Position numbers and translations under genes: made by a program. 64,000 nt of DNA from Histomonas meleagridis 2922-C6/04-290x (lineage: Eukaryota > Protista > Parabasalia), in the NCBI GenBank assembly GCA_020184695.1, contig JAANOX010000121.1, positions 1-64,000 on the forward strand, given 5' to 3'. Positions 32,569-43,884 of this stretch are shown here, in pieces (the stretch's first letter is position 1; the number at the start of each line of letters is the position of its first letter). The notes beneath the pieces were generated by a model. It was not told the DNA's origin. It was given only the letters and a program-made list of their open reading frames with translations, and searched no databases.

Positions 32569-33894
32569 TTATTGGTTATTTAAATGATTAATAAATGCTT
32601 CCAACTCCTTATTTGCTTCTGATACATTTTTTCTCGAAGGCATTTTTTTCTTCGGTTTTTCGTCCTGAATTTTATCTCTAATCACGAAAGAGAAGTTACT
32701 TTGTTTCTTTGAAATATCCGAAGCCTTTAACTTAATTCCCGAAGGACCAAAGTGATCATTTGAAGATGACCTTTCGACTCTGACCATTTTTGATTTCGAT
32801 TTTCTTCTTTCATTAAGTGCATCTTGTGCTCTTTTTTCCTGTAGAAAAGCATTTAACTCAAGTCTTTCAAGGATTTCTTTTCGTGGGTCATTATCACCAA
32901 CTTTTGCAAGTTCACCTCTTAATACATCACTTGTGGATGCATCTTCGGAATTTCCGGCTTGTACCCACATAGCCTTCTCAATGATCTGTGATATTTTTTC
33001 CGCAGTTATTTTGCGCGCTTCGCCTTTTCTTTGTTTCCTTTGTTTGTATATTTGTCGCTTCTCTTCGAGATCTTTCTTCTCTTTCTCGCTGCCTTCAAAG
33101 GCTTTATTTAAGCCTTCCTCAGTGCCGCCACCAAAACGTAGTCGACCACTTCGCCATTGACCAGTGATGATTCTGATGATTTGTTTGATCTCTTCAAGAT
33201 CTTCCGAAAGTCGCATCTCTACAACACGTTCATAGAGACGACGCTCCATTTCTTCAGGAGAAAGTTCTTCTTTTGTTGTTTCCTCTTTTTTCAATTCTTC
33301 AATTGCGGCTTTTGCAATGTCTGTTTGAAGAACTTCTTTGGTCGATGGGTCATTGTCTTCACTGTTTATGTCTTCTTCCTCTTCTTCTTCTTCAAACTCT
33401 TCGTCTTGGATGGCTTGATTAGGCTCCTCTTTGATCTCTTTAAGAATAGATTTAGAATGCGCATAAAAAAGTTTCTTTCGATGAACTTCACGCGCTTGCT
33501 TTTTGCTGATAATTACTTTGAGTCTTTCATCCTCACATTTGTCATTACTTCCAGAAAGAATAAGCGTTTGTGTTTGAGCTTTAGCATTTTTCCCTCGCTC
33601 TCGTAACTTCTCTGCTAATAACTTTGCTGGATTCAATGTTATTGGTGGAGGAGCTGGAGGTTCTTCATGTTCAATTCCTGTTTTTTCTAATTCATTTACT
33701 TCAACATTTTCAATTTGCTCTGAATCTTCTATGTTCTGTGGGATTTCTTGAACTAAATGTTGAGATTTTTCTTGAATAAAAGAAATGATTTCATTATCAG
33801 AAGAATTTTCGTCACTTGAATCTGTTAAAAATGTTGACGGTCCTTCACCTGATGGATTATTATTCTTGTTTCCTGTTTTATCTTCGTTTTCCAT
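32569..33894 (-). CDS. Hypothetical acidic/charged 441-aa protein (weak Mrc1/Claspin-like resemblance)
   Basis: Long ORF with a poly-Glu tract; the family assignment is only an impression. Confidence 0.7.
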   Translation of the reverse strand: MENEDKTGNKNNNPSGEGPSTFLTDSSDENSSDNEIISFIQEKSQHLVQEIPQNIEDSEQIENVEVNELEKTGIEHEEPPAPPPITLNPAKLLAEKLRERGKNAKAQTQTLILSGSNDKCEDERLKVIISKKQAREVHRKKLFYAHSKSILKEIKEEPNQAIQDEEFEEEEEEEDINSEDNDPSTKEVLQTDIAKAAIEELKKEETTKEELSPEEMERRLYERVVEMRLSEDLEEIKQIIRIITGQWRSGRLRFGGGTEEGLNKAFEGSEKEKKDLEEKRQIYKQRKQRKGEARKITAEKISQIIEKAMWVQAGNSEDASTSDVLRGELAKVGDNDPRKEILERLELNAFLQEKRAQDALNERRKSKSKMVRVERSSSNDHFGPSGIKLKASDISKKQSNFSFVIRDKIQDEKPKKKMPSRKNVSEANKELEAFINHLNNQ

Positions 33895-34608
33895 TTCTTT
33901 TTATTACAATAAGTTTATTGTAATTTATAAACGTGCACGTTTGCTCAATGGCCTTTTACTAATTGTTTTGCTTCTTTCTCAATGAGCAAATTTTAATGAA
34001 AACTAATCATTTAACCACAATCTATTGTTGAAATAAATTTGCTTGAACTAAAGAGTTAGCAATTATTTTGAGCAATTTTATATTATTTCCAAATTAATCA
34101 TTTCTAAATTATTTTAAAAACTCGTACATATGAAAATCACTATGAAACACTCTAACTACAATGAGAAATGACTAAATGAAAAAGGAATATTGTTATGACT
34201 TTTTGATTTTGAAATTTGATTTCGATTCATTTAGAATAAATATTTAAAAATATAAAGTGAAAATGTGTCTATTACATTGTATTGTATTCATGTTACATAA
34301 AAATATCTAAAAAGTAACCCTTAAAATTTATGAATTGCAATTATTTTTAATTTTCATAACTAATCTAAAAAAATTATCGCATTCAGTCGGTTTTAATGGT
34401 GTCATTATATTTCATAAGATAAAATGTAATTGGTTACATTCATCGTAAAATTTACGACATTTTATGCTAGAATTTTATGAAGACAGAATTTAAATAAATT
34501 GAATACATAAAATTAATCTATGTCAAAATAGAACACACTGTAAAAAATTGAATTTATGGAATAGCCACAACGTTGAAAAGAATAGCATTTACACCATTCA
34601 TTTCTAAG

Positions 34609-35316
34609 ATGTTCGATCTTGCAAACTCACTATATCAAGATGGTTCAATCAATGAAAACACACAGCAACTAGATTTAGTTGAACATGAAAAGACAGATGA
34701 AACAACAACCAAAATTATAAAATATGCAAAGGAACAACAAGATAAAAAAGAAGTTCACCAATTATACATGTCAGGTGGAGAACGAGAAAAAACATTAGTT
34801 AAAGAAAGATTGTTTTTATATGGAAAGTACTTACCAGAAGTTACTGATGCATTTTCAATATCTAAATGTACCCAAAAAATGAATACCATACGAAAAATTC
34901 AAAGAATGACTTGTGAAAAATTTAATCTTCATACGGATAGAGCTGCATGGAGAACAAAAACAGGTGCAAAAGCATGGTTTTGTATGCATTGGACTCAAAT
35001 CAAAGATTATATTATAAACGTTGTACATGAAATTAATAATGAAGATAATAAGAACAAAATATCACATTGTTCTCCTATAATTTATCAAAACGCATTTAAT
35101 TCTTCATGCTCTAGTTCCCCTTGTATTTCAGCTTCTTCTTCAAATTCTTCATTATCAACAATTACTGTTTCAGATACACCAAAAAACGTATATACTAATA
35201 ATGATAAAATAAATAATAATGTCAATAGTCCAATTAAATATGATGAAACTATTGAAAAATTATTTCCTGATAATATTATATATTATTTTGATTGCGGTGA
35301 TTTTGATTTCATTTAG
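34609..35316 (+). CDS. Hypothetical parabasalid-type protein (DRxAxR...WFCxxW motif) with a Ser-rich tail
   Basis: FNLHTDRAAWRTKTGAKAWFCMHW; Inr-like TCATTT at 34598 just upstream of ATG 34609. Confidence 0.7.
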   Translation: MFDLANSLYQDGSINENTQQLDLVEHEKTDETTTKIIKYAKEQQDKKEVHQLYMSGGEREKTLVKERLFLYGKYLPEVTDAFSISKCTQKMNTIRKIQRMTCEKFNLHTDRAAWRTKTGAKAWFCMHWTQIKDYIINVVHEINNEDNKNKISHCSPIIYQNAFNSSCSSSPCISASSSNSSLSTITVSDTPKNVYTNNDKINNNVNSPIKYDETIEKLFPDNIIYYFDCGDFDFI

Positions 35317-35969
35317 AACATACATATAAAGATATTTTGAAACTGATTTTTTATGAAAACTATAAATAAAAAATATTCGATTGGTTTATGGATATTTTTA
35401 TCATTGTTTAAAATCAAATCATTATTCCTATTCTTCCAGAATTTTCTAGAAAATGTTAAATTTGATATTCTGTGATCAATGCATTAATACTTATAAGTTG
35501 TATAAAATAATCAAATAAAATTCCGAATGAACAGTTCCAGACAACTAAAAATCCCCATTGGCCGAAGAAAATACCCACGGCACTTTTAAGCTGTTGCGGT
35601 TTTGAAGCGAGCCGATTGAAATTAATCATTGGACGACAGGAGATACCCGTTGGCAGAAAAAAAGATTCATTAAATTAAAATTTTTATTCAAACAAAGAAA
35701 GTAATTTATGTGTAAAACATATGTCTTTCGGCTTTCGCACGTTTATAACCGTAAACCGCTTTCTGATGGGTATTTTCCATTCATCTCTATATAAAGTCCT
35801 ATAATAATAAATCCATTGGGAACCAATGGTTAAATTTTTACTTGTCCTGGACTGTAGTTAAACATTAAACTCAATAAGAAAACAGATTTAGTCTTGACAT
35901 TTGGCTCAAAACAAAGTTATGATTTAAGAATTGAAAAGTTTAAGCAAAAAGTGTAAATCAATGATGTTT

Positions 35970-36581
35970 TTAGTCTTTCTTTTGGCATTTTGCAAAATAT
36001 GGTTGGATCTTTTCCAAAACCTTTGGATGGAAAATGACGGCTGGAAGAAGGAGAATAAGGTTAACAAGAACAAAGTTTAACCAGAATGTTCCTGTGATCA
36101 AGAAAAATAAGAAGAGACCAGATAAAACAGCAAGTGGGATTAAAGCTGTTCCAATTGTTGGCTTGTCACCTGCTTTAACACGGCCTGTGAGACATGAAAT
36201 CTTTCCGACAAGGCATGAAATTGTTTCACAAACCTTTTCAAGTGGATAAATTTTGTATGTTCCTTCCTTATTTTCAATTGGTTTGAATAAGATTGGTGCG
36301 ATCTTTTCTCCAGCAATTTTCTTAACAACTTTGAAAAGAACATAAATAGTACCGAGTAACAACATTGTTGGGACAAAAGACAAGTTCAATTTGTAGATGA
36401 TAAAGAAAAGAAGGTTGACAAGAACAAGAAGAATTGCCATTGGAATTGGATTCCTCCAGAATAACATTGCTTGGATTTGATCAACATGCTTTTCATATGG
36501 CTTGAGCATATTTTCAAGTTTCTTAGGGTCCTTACATGGGCATCCGCCGCATTGTTCGCACTTTGGTGCTTCCTCAGACAT
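35970..36581 (-). CDS. Reticulon/ARL6IP-like ER membrane-shaping protein
   Basis: WRNP followed by two long hydrophobic hairpins; first ATG is 36581. Confidence 0.65.
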   Translation of the reverse strand: MSEEAPKCEQCGGCPCKDPKKLENMLKPYEKHVDQIQAMLFWRNPIPMAILLVLVNLLFFIIYKLNLSFVPTMLLLGTIYVLFKVVKKIAGEKIAPILFKPIENKEGTYKIYPLEKVCETISCLVGKISCLTGRVKAGDKPTIGTALIPLAVLSGLFLFFLITGTFWLNFVLVNLILLLPAVIFHPKVLEKIQPYFAKCQKKD

Positions 36582-36907
36582 AGGCTTTGTGAATAAATAA
36601 ACCGTCACTATTAACTCAAAAATAAGCGGCTACATACAACCATCTAATTTGAAGCACTCAAAAAATTGAATTGAAATGATCGTTTCAGCAACCTTGGCCC
36701 ATACAAAAAGTGGATGGTTGTTAAGTGCTTTGTAGTAAAAAATTGTTTTTTTTTTTTTTTGTTAAGTTTGGGTAACAACCTTAAGGGTTAATTGCTTTTG
36801 CTAACCTAAATCAAAGAGAACGGCCAAAAAGAAAATTTTAATGAAATTTTATGAACAAAAAAAGATTTGAGTATGCATGATTAAAATTTAAATTTACATG
36901 ATATTAA

Positions 36908-37477
36908 TTATGAACAACATCTGGAACCAGCCTTCGGTTCTGGTAATGAAGATTCAAATTTAATTTGGTTATCAAGCGATAAAAGTTCAACAACAGATTC
37001 AAACAATAAATTAATTCCTTCACCGGTTTTTGCGCTTGTTTGGAAAACAGGTGCGTGCATTTTTTCTCCACATTCTTGCATTTCTTCAATAGAAATTTTT
37101 TTATTGTCCAAATCACATTTGTTTCCAACAAGAATTTGTTGAAGTGGAGCATCACTGCTTTGATCACATGCTTGTTCACTCCATTCAAGCGCTTGTTCAA
37201 AACTATCTCTATCTGTTAAATCAAAAATTATTAAAGCTATATTTGCTTTTTGATAAAACAATGGCGATAACGCACGATACCGTTCTTGTCCAGCGGTGTC
37301 CCAGTACTCAACACCTAATTTTTTTCCGTTTTTACATTGATATTGCTTTTTAAATAATGCGGGCTGTGTACTTGATGGCAAATCTTGAACAAACACATTA
37401 GAAGAATATCTGTTGAAAATACTTGATTTACCTGAATTTGGAGGGCCAATGAATACAACTTTTGCGTTTAGCTCCAT
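36908..37477 (-). CDS. Divergent Rab GTPase
   Basis: GPPNSGKS, WDTAGQERY, GNKCD, TSAK and C-terminal CCS; the effector loop is non-canonical (STQP). Confidence 0.92.
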   Translation of the reverse strand: MELNAKVVFIGPPNSGKSSIFNRYSSNVFVQDLPSSTQPALFKKQYQCKNGKKLGVEYWDTAGQERYRALSPLFYQKANIALIIFDLTDRDSFEQALEWSEQACDQSSDAPLQQILVGNKCDLDNKKISIEEMQECGEKMHAPVFQTSAKTGEGINLLFESVVELLSLDNQIKFESSLPEPKAGSRCCS

Positions 37478-37648
37478 GCTCGTTCAGCCGAACAGACCAC
37501 CCCGAAATTGGCCTTTGTGGGTTGCTTACTGGTTCCTTCAATTTGTAAAAAATGCATTCAATTTTGATTGATCTACTACTATCGGACAATTGAATTGGCT
37601 TTTTTTTTCAAAAAAAATTCTATTTTGAATAATAACCCCCGGACCAAA

Positions 37649-38203
37649 ATGGTGGGGAGTGATGAGGCTCAAAGCCTTTGGGAAAAAGAATTTATTCGCA
37701 AAAATAAGCAAACGTTGATGAACTTTATCCGCTTTTTTCATCCAAATTCTAAAAAAGGAATCATTCTTATATTTTTGATTTTGACATTTCAAATCTTTTT
37801 TAATTTCAAAAACAAATTTATTGAACCAGTAGATACGCTTTTATATTTTATTGCCATTTATTTTTTGATAATATTGTTTAAAATACTACCAGAAGGAATT
37901 GTTCGTATTCTTTTCCCTCCATTATCTGAAAACTATTTAAATGAAGTTGATCAAAATATCTTAGCTTTGTTGGTTCAAAAGATAAACAAAGTTTACTCTA
38001 TAGTGAATTTTATTTATAAAATGATTTTTATTAGGTTCAACATTTTGATAATATCCGGAATTATTTCACTACTCCTTGGTGCCATCATGTTCTTTCGGAG
38101 GATGCCAGTATATATATTAATTCATATCATTTTTTCTATTGTTATATTTGTGCTGTCAGTTTTTTGTTCAAGGCTTAGCAAACCTACAAATAATGAACAA
38201 TGA
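37649..38203 (+). CDS. Hypothetical multi-pass membrane protein (two hydrophobic hairpins)
   Basis: Four hydrophobic stretches; divergent from the Rab gene. Confidence 0.6.
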   Translation: MVGSDEAQSLWEKEFIRKNKQTLMNFIRFFHPNSKKGIILIFLILTFQIFFNFKNKFIEPVDTLLYFIAIYFLIILFKILPEGIVRILFPPLSENYLNEVDQNILALLVQKINKVYSIVNFIYKMIFIRFNILIISGIISLLLGAIMFFRRMPVYILIHIIFSIVIFVLSVFCSRLSKPTNNEQ

Positions 38204-38358
38204 ATTATGATTTGTTTTTGCGTTCATGAAATGTTTTAATAAATTGTTTTAAAATTTATTTTTTTTTTCGAGTGTGATGATAATGAACGTTTAAAATTTT
38301 CTCAAAATTTACGAATTCGGGGCCCCCCATTAATTTAACGTATACTTCAATCCACCAA

Positions 38359-40458
38359 ATGCAAGGAAATGGAGGGTATTTTAATATTACTAGACAAAAA
38401 ATCCCAGGTGAATTCGAAGCTGTTCCAAGCACTTCTTCTATTATAGTTCATTATACAGTCCAAGTTGATGTTTTAGATTCACAATATAATCTTGTAGCAA
38501 GTAGAACGAAGCCCAAAGAGATTCAAATTTCTTTTAATGGTCTTAGTAGATACACTGATCTCGAAGAAGTCGCAGATTCATTGATAGGTCAATCTGATTT
38601 ATTATCTGAAAAGAAAAGAAATGATCTTATGACTGCCTTACGAGAACTCCAAATGCAAACTGGCAATACACCAATAGCACGAAGGTTTTCATATCAGTCA
38701 TTACAAGATGAAGCATCTAAACCAAATCGATCCAAAAGCTCCAGTTGTTCCAATCTTTCACGACCTGAGAGTGCAGGCTTAGCTCTTAAGCTCTCCAAAG
38801 CCGAAGTTGATAATCTTCTTCATGATGCATTACAAAAGATTCATTGGGGGAAAGAAAATGAATGCATCCAAACCCTTCAAACCCTTGTTGACATTGCCCA
38901 ATATGATCGTAACCTCACACTTATCATTCAACACGAGCCTTTGATGAATACCCTCATAAACGGTCTCAAGAAATTTGCAGCTTCATCACTTAATGCGTGT
39001 ATTTACATCATGACGATTTTTGAGAAGATGTCTTATTTTGCCAACTTTCAAGACATTCTTGGTAAGTTCAAAATTGGCTCAATTTCGTTATCATTATTAC
39101 ATGCACAAGTTGTGTTGACTAATGTTGCAGACAAAAACCTTAACAAAGAAAAGATGCAACAATACATTTCATTACAGAATCAATTATTTATCTTAATAAC
39201 ATCGCTTTTATATAATTTAGCGTCTAATCCAAATGTTATGCGGAAAATGGTCAACAAAAATGTTGTCGAGCCATTAATATTATTACTCCAACGTAAAAAT
39301 GCGGAACTTGTCACCAAGTCGTTATTATTTTTACGGAAGATTGCGAATGTTAATGTCAATTGGTCTGATTTCCCATATGATCAAGTCATTGATTCTATTT
39401 CCAAATATGTCTTTAAATGGACATTAACTGATTCCGAACGAAAAGTTCATATAATCTCTGCTTTAAATGAAGCGTTAGAATTACTTTTTGTGTTTTCATT
39501 CCATTCCGAAACGTTTGAAGAATTCAAAGAGAAAAAAGTCTTCGAAAACATCGAAAAGATTTGTTCATATGTCGAAATCCGAAGTTCATTAATTAAATTC
39601 CTATATAATTGTTCACAATTCGAAGGCTCATTTTCATTATTAAAGAATGAAACGATTATTAACACAATAATTTCAGCTGCTACAACTGAATGTGATGAAC
39701 GAATGATATCACTTATAATGATAATGAACTTAGCTCAAGACAAAGATTGTTCATTAATTATATCGAAGTCTTCGACATTTACTTCCGATAATATTAAAAA
39801 GATATTTATCCAAGCAACGAAAACTCAATCACAAGAAAATAATATTCTCTTGAAATTAATACGTAACATATCTGATAATCAGCCGAATCTTGTGACTGGT
39901 TTTGATAATGAAATAATTAAAGCGATTATTAATAATTATAAAAATATGGATATGTTATGCGATATATTCGCAATATCTTCACGAGGTAAAATGAATTCAT
40001 CACGAGCAAAGTTGTTCACTTCGGATAAAAACTTCATTAAAATATTGATGCAGATTTTGTCCAAACGAAATTTGTTGCCACAATTACATTTGGAATGTGT
40101 TATATTCGTTTCGTCAGTCGTTTTGTTCTCAGAACCTGCAAAGGTTTTAGTGAACGAAGGAATAGTCGCGAAAATCATTGACGTGTTCAAATGGTATCCA
40201 GAAGATTTGGATATCCAAACGCAATGTTTGTTCGCATTCTATCGATTGGTGATTCATAAGGAGTCACGAAATGAATTATTGGAACATTCCGAAGTGATAA
40301 ATAAAATTATTCAACATTCGTCCGCTAAAAATAAGGTGCTGAACTCTATGGCAAATTCGGTGTTGGATACTTTGATGATATTCGATCAGAATGTGGGTGA
40401 GAAAATTAAAAGGCCACGATTCGAGGCGTTTAATCAGGAATGGCTACAAACAATATAA
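38359..40458 (+). CDS. KIFAP3: Kinesin-associated protein 3 (kinesin-2 ARM subunit)
   Basis: KIPGEFEAVPSTSSIIVHYTVQ...; MRKMVNKNVV; DLDIQTQCLFAFYRLVIH...RFEAFNQEWL. Confidence 0.88.
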   Translation: MQGNGGYFNITRQKIPGEFEAVPSTSSIIVHYTVQVDVLDSQYNLVASRTKPKEIQISFNGLSRYTDLEEVADSLIGQSDLLSEKKRNDLMTALRELQMQTGNTPIARRFSYQSLQDEASKPNRSKSSSCSNLSRPESAGLALKLSKAEVDNLLHDALQKIHWGKENECIQTLQTLVDIAQYDRNLTLIIQHEPLMNTLINGLKKFAASSLNACIYIMTIFEKMSYFANFQDILGKFKIGSISLSLLHAQVVLTNVADKNLNKEKMQQYISLQNQLFILITSLLYNLASNPNVMRKMVNKNVVEPLILLLQRKNAELVTKSLLFLRKIANVNVNWSDFPYDQVIDSISKYVFKWTLTDSERKVHIISALNEALELLFVFSFHSETFEEFKEKKVFENIEKICSYVEIRSSLIKFLYNCSQFEGSFSLLKNETIINTIISAATTECDERMISLIMIMNLAQDKDCSLIISKSSTFTSDNIKKIFIQATKTQSQENNILLKLIRNISDNQPNLVTGFDNEIIKAIINNYKNMDMLCDIFAISSRGKMNSSRAKLFTSDKNFIKILMQILSKRNLLPQLHLECVIFVSSVVLFSEPAKVLVNEGIVAKIIDVFKWYPEDLDIQTQCLFAFYRLVIHKESRNELLEHSEVINKIIQHSSAKNKVLNSMANSVLDTLMIFDQNVGEKIKRPRFEAFNQEWLQTI

Positions 40459-41064
40459 TAAAGAATAAACATGAAATTTTATAATAATTTGTTATTGATG
40501 CATTTTAATCGCTTTTTTTTAAACACGTTTGATAACTATAAATATGACAATTATATTTAGAAAAAATGATTTTGAACATAATGAAGATGTTTTAATTATC
40601 GAAGATTTTAATTAACTTTGTTTCAAGATGATTTTGTTTTTCATCAAAAATTCCGAAAGTGATACAATTGTACTAGTATTAATAAGATATAACAGTATAA
40701 AATTTTTAAAAACTTTCGGCTCGCACTGGGTTGTTGTGGTATATGGAATAATATTTTTTGTATATTAAATACAAAGTTTTATTTTCTTTATTTTTTTCCC
40801 CTTCATTTAATTTAATAATTACACTTTATTTTTCATAATTCATTAATTCTTTATTTATTACAATTGCCATTATTCTTGTTTATTAAATATTTAATGACAT
40901 TATCATAACATTTAGAAGATTATTTAATGCATTTTTAATTATAATAAAAATATAAATGTATAAAATATCATGTCTATAAAACGTTATTAAGAAAGTTTTA
41001 AATGTAAAAAATAACATATTGGTGATCATTTACTAATCATAATTTTTACTTTGCTTGCAGAAAT

Positions 41065-41072
41065 AACGGTTT
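41065..41072 (+). promoter_or_regulatory. M3-like core promoter motif
   Basis: AACGGTTT about 25 nt upstream of ATG 41097. Confidence 0.5.
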
Positions 41073-41096
41073 CTAATTTTAAAATACGTTAAGAAA

Positions 41097-42311
41097 ATGT
41101 CTGAAAGAGAATGGAGCGCAAGAATTCACAGTCTAGCGCAAACAGAACATGACTTGCTTCGCCAGCTTTCAAACTCATTAAACAAACTAACTGATTCACT
41201 TTCCAGGGAAGAAAAAGATATTTTGATGTCATATGCCAATGTTTTTAAAGACAACAATATAATACTTATCCAGCAATTTCGTCAAACAAGCAACCAAATT
41301 TCAAATATTAGACCACATGATCGTGGATTCAAAATCCGATTAGACAAAATTGAAAAAGATATTAAAACATTAAGAGTTGAGAGTGTTTCTGATTTTGAAC
41401 TTATTAATGGTAAAATCAAAAAAATCACTGATGATATTGACAAAAAAGAAAAACGTAATAATTCTCTCCAGACACCTGCGCTCCGACCCAAGCCACATAA
41501 ATCCAACAATGAATCACCAATAAGTGAATTCCAAGATTATCTTATTCGTAATGGCGGTCGTACTGGTGGATGGGATAGTGATTCACATTCCGAATTTCTT
41601 CGTCAATTACAGCGCCATGGTGAAACAGATCTTTTTTTATATCTTCCCGACATTCCAAAAGAATCCGTTCTTGCGCATATTGAATGGTATAATGAGTTTT
41701 GTGAACTAAAACATAAAATGAAATTAGCCATCAACCAACAAAAATCTCAAAATGAACAAAATGAACAAAATTATAATCCAAAACCAAAGAGAAAAATTGA
41801 TTCAAATGCACTTAAACAAAGACTTGAAGAACGTGAACGAATTAAAAATCAAAAACTACAAGATGCAATTGATCAAGCGAATAAAGCGAAACAAAAAGAA
41901 GAAGAATTACGTCGAAAGAAATACAACGAACTTCAAAAAGAATTCCAAAGAAAGAATCAAGAAAAAGTTATTGAAAAAGAAGAAATATCACAAAATGATA
42001 CACCTAAACAAGTCAAAATATTAAAAGCTGATTGGGATAGAATTAGAAAAAGAGATAACGAAGCAACAGAAAGAAGAAAAATGATACTTCATGCAAAAGA
42101 AGCAGAAAAAATAGAAAGAGAAGAAAAAACAAGAAAATTCATAGAAGCAAATAACAGAAAATTTAGACATGCAAAAAGAGATCCTGAAAGATTAATGAGA
42201 CCAACAACAGCAATGTTGGCAAAACAGAAAAAAGATGAAAATGAACAAAAAGGTCCTGTGAATTCTGTGTTTGATATACCGCATCGTGCTACGCCAAAAT
42301 GGATGTTATGA
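41097..42311 (+). CDS. CCDC112: CCDC112-like coiled-coil protein
   Basis: NGGRTGGWDSDSHSEFL, RDPERLMRPT and C-terminal IPHRATPKW. Confidence 0.75.
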   Translation: MSEREWSARIHSLAQTEHDLLRQLSNSLNKLTDSLSREEKDILMSYANVFKDNNIILIQQFRQTSNQISNIRPHDRGFKIRLDKIEKDIKTLRVESVSDFELINGKIKKITDDIDKKEKRNNSLQTPALRPKPHKSNNESPISEFQDYLIRNGGRTGGWDSDSHSEFLRQLQRHGETDLFLYLPDIPKESVLAHIEWYNEFCELKHKMKLAINQQKSQNEQNEQNYNPKPKRKIDSNALKQRLEERERIKNQKLQDAIDQANKAKQKEEELRRKKYNELQKEFQRKNQEKVIEKEEISQNDTPKQVKILKADWDRIRKRDNEATERRKMILHAKEAEKIEREEKTRKFIEANNRKFRHAKRDPERLMRPTTAMLAKQKKDENEQKGPVNSVFDIPHRATPKWML

Positions 42312-42564
42312 AATTTATAAAAATGAATATTTGTATGAATTTGAGAATAAATACTTTTGTAAATTCGAATTTTTATGATGAAATAGATTTTTTATTTAAA
42401 ATATTTTTATTAAAACAATCCTTCATTAGTTATTTATGAAGTTCTTCCAAAAAATTTCTTTTATAAGTATACTATTAGAAGCTTGAAAATATCAAAGAGA
42501 ATTTTATATCATAGTGTTTTTCAAATTTGATAATACAATGAAAAAATTATATATGTAAAATTTA

Positions 42565-43635
42565 TTAATCTAATAATGTGGAAACTGTAAATCTTCCGCA
42601 TTGAACAGTACTTTTGATCCTTTTACGAGCTTTTAATTGCTGCTGATTTGATGTTTCTTTTGTTTCATTAGGAAAATCAAACGAATAGTTGCGCAAATGA
42701 CTTTTTGTAGATATATCTTGAGAAAATTCATTGTGAAGAATCTGATATCTTTGGTCTAATGGTAGAAGATGAGATAATAAAGTATTTGATATATATGATC
42801 TATCTTGTGCTTTTTTCATAAATTTATGTTGAAATAATTCTTCAGCAGTTAACCTTTTTTTTGGGTCAAATTGAAGACATGAAAATATGAAATCCTTTAA
42901 TGTAAAAGATAATGAACTTTCATATACCAATTCAAGTATTTTGCCTTCAATAATCATTTGAACTTGTTTTAATGGAGGAAGATCACAAAATGGTGCTTTC
43001 CCTGTTGCTAATTCTATTGCTGTTATTCCAACTTCCCAAATATCTACACTTGTTGTATGACCATCTATACTTCCATTAATTAATTCAGGAGCAGAAAAAG
43101 GAGAACATTGAATTTTTGTATGTCTCGCTTCAATCATTTGTCCTTCTTGAATAAGACATGCAGCAAAACCAAAATTACCAACTTTCACATCGCCGAAATT
43201 AGAAAGAAAGATACTATTTGCTCTAATATTACGATGTATTTGACTTTTAGCATGAAAATATATTAAAAATTCCAAAACATTTTTTAAAATGGTAGCTATT
43301 AGTTTTTCATCTTTTATTCCATTTTTAAATCCATAATTAAGAATATCAGCACATGAACCTCCATCCATAAATTCAGTAACAAGCCAAATCTTTGTATCGA
43401 CTTGAAATGAAGTATAGTAAGATATCATGTTTTTATGTGAAGAAGTTGTTAAAAAAGAAATTTCTTTCAATAATTTATCTATTTTAATTGAAGGCAAATC
43501 TAAATCAATCATTTTAATACATACATGTTGGTTATTGGTAATGCAAAGAGCAACATAAGTTGAACTTGTTTCTCCTTGTCCAATTTTATGCATAATCTGA
43601 TATTGATGAAAATCATCTGGGAATGATTCGTTCAT
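42565..43635 (-). CDS. STE20 (OSR1/SPAK-like) kinase domain, predicted pseudokinase
   Basis: WLVTEFMDGGSCADIL...GIKDEKLIATILKNVL resembles the FRAY family; HRD is replaced by HRN and DFG by NFG. Confidence 0.85.
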   Translation of the reverse strand: MNESFPDDFHQYQIMHKIGQGETSSTYVALCITNNQHVCIKMIDLDLPSIKIDKLLKEISFLTTSSHKNMISYYTSFQVDTKIWLVTEFMDGGSCADILNYGFKNGIKDEKLIATILKNVLEFLIYFHAKSQIHRNIRANSIFLSNFGDVKVGNFGFAACLIQEGQMIEARHTKIQCSPFSAPELINGSIDGHTTSVDIWEVGITAIELATGKAPFCDLPPLKQVQMIIEGKILELVYESSLSFTLKDFIFSCLQFDPKKRLTAEELFQHKFMKKAQDRSYISNTLLSHLLPLDQRYQILHNEFSQDISTKSHLRNYSFDFPNETKETSNQQQLKARKRIKSTVQCGRFTVSTLLD

Positions 43636-43884
43636 TTCTATTAATAAAACAATTCCATACTTTTTTGAGAAAATGGTTTTTTTAAGAAAGTTTCTATTAC
43701 AAAAGTTGGAATTATTTCAAAAATCCCATAGGTTAATAAATGTAATTACATTTTCTAAGAAAAATATGTTTTTATATTTTAATTGTCTATTTTTTTTAAT
43801 TCGTTTTTTACCAATGAACCATTTTAAATTTAATATTTATAAAACTTAAAATTTACACTAACAAAACCATTTTATTGATATATT

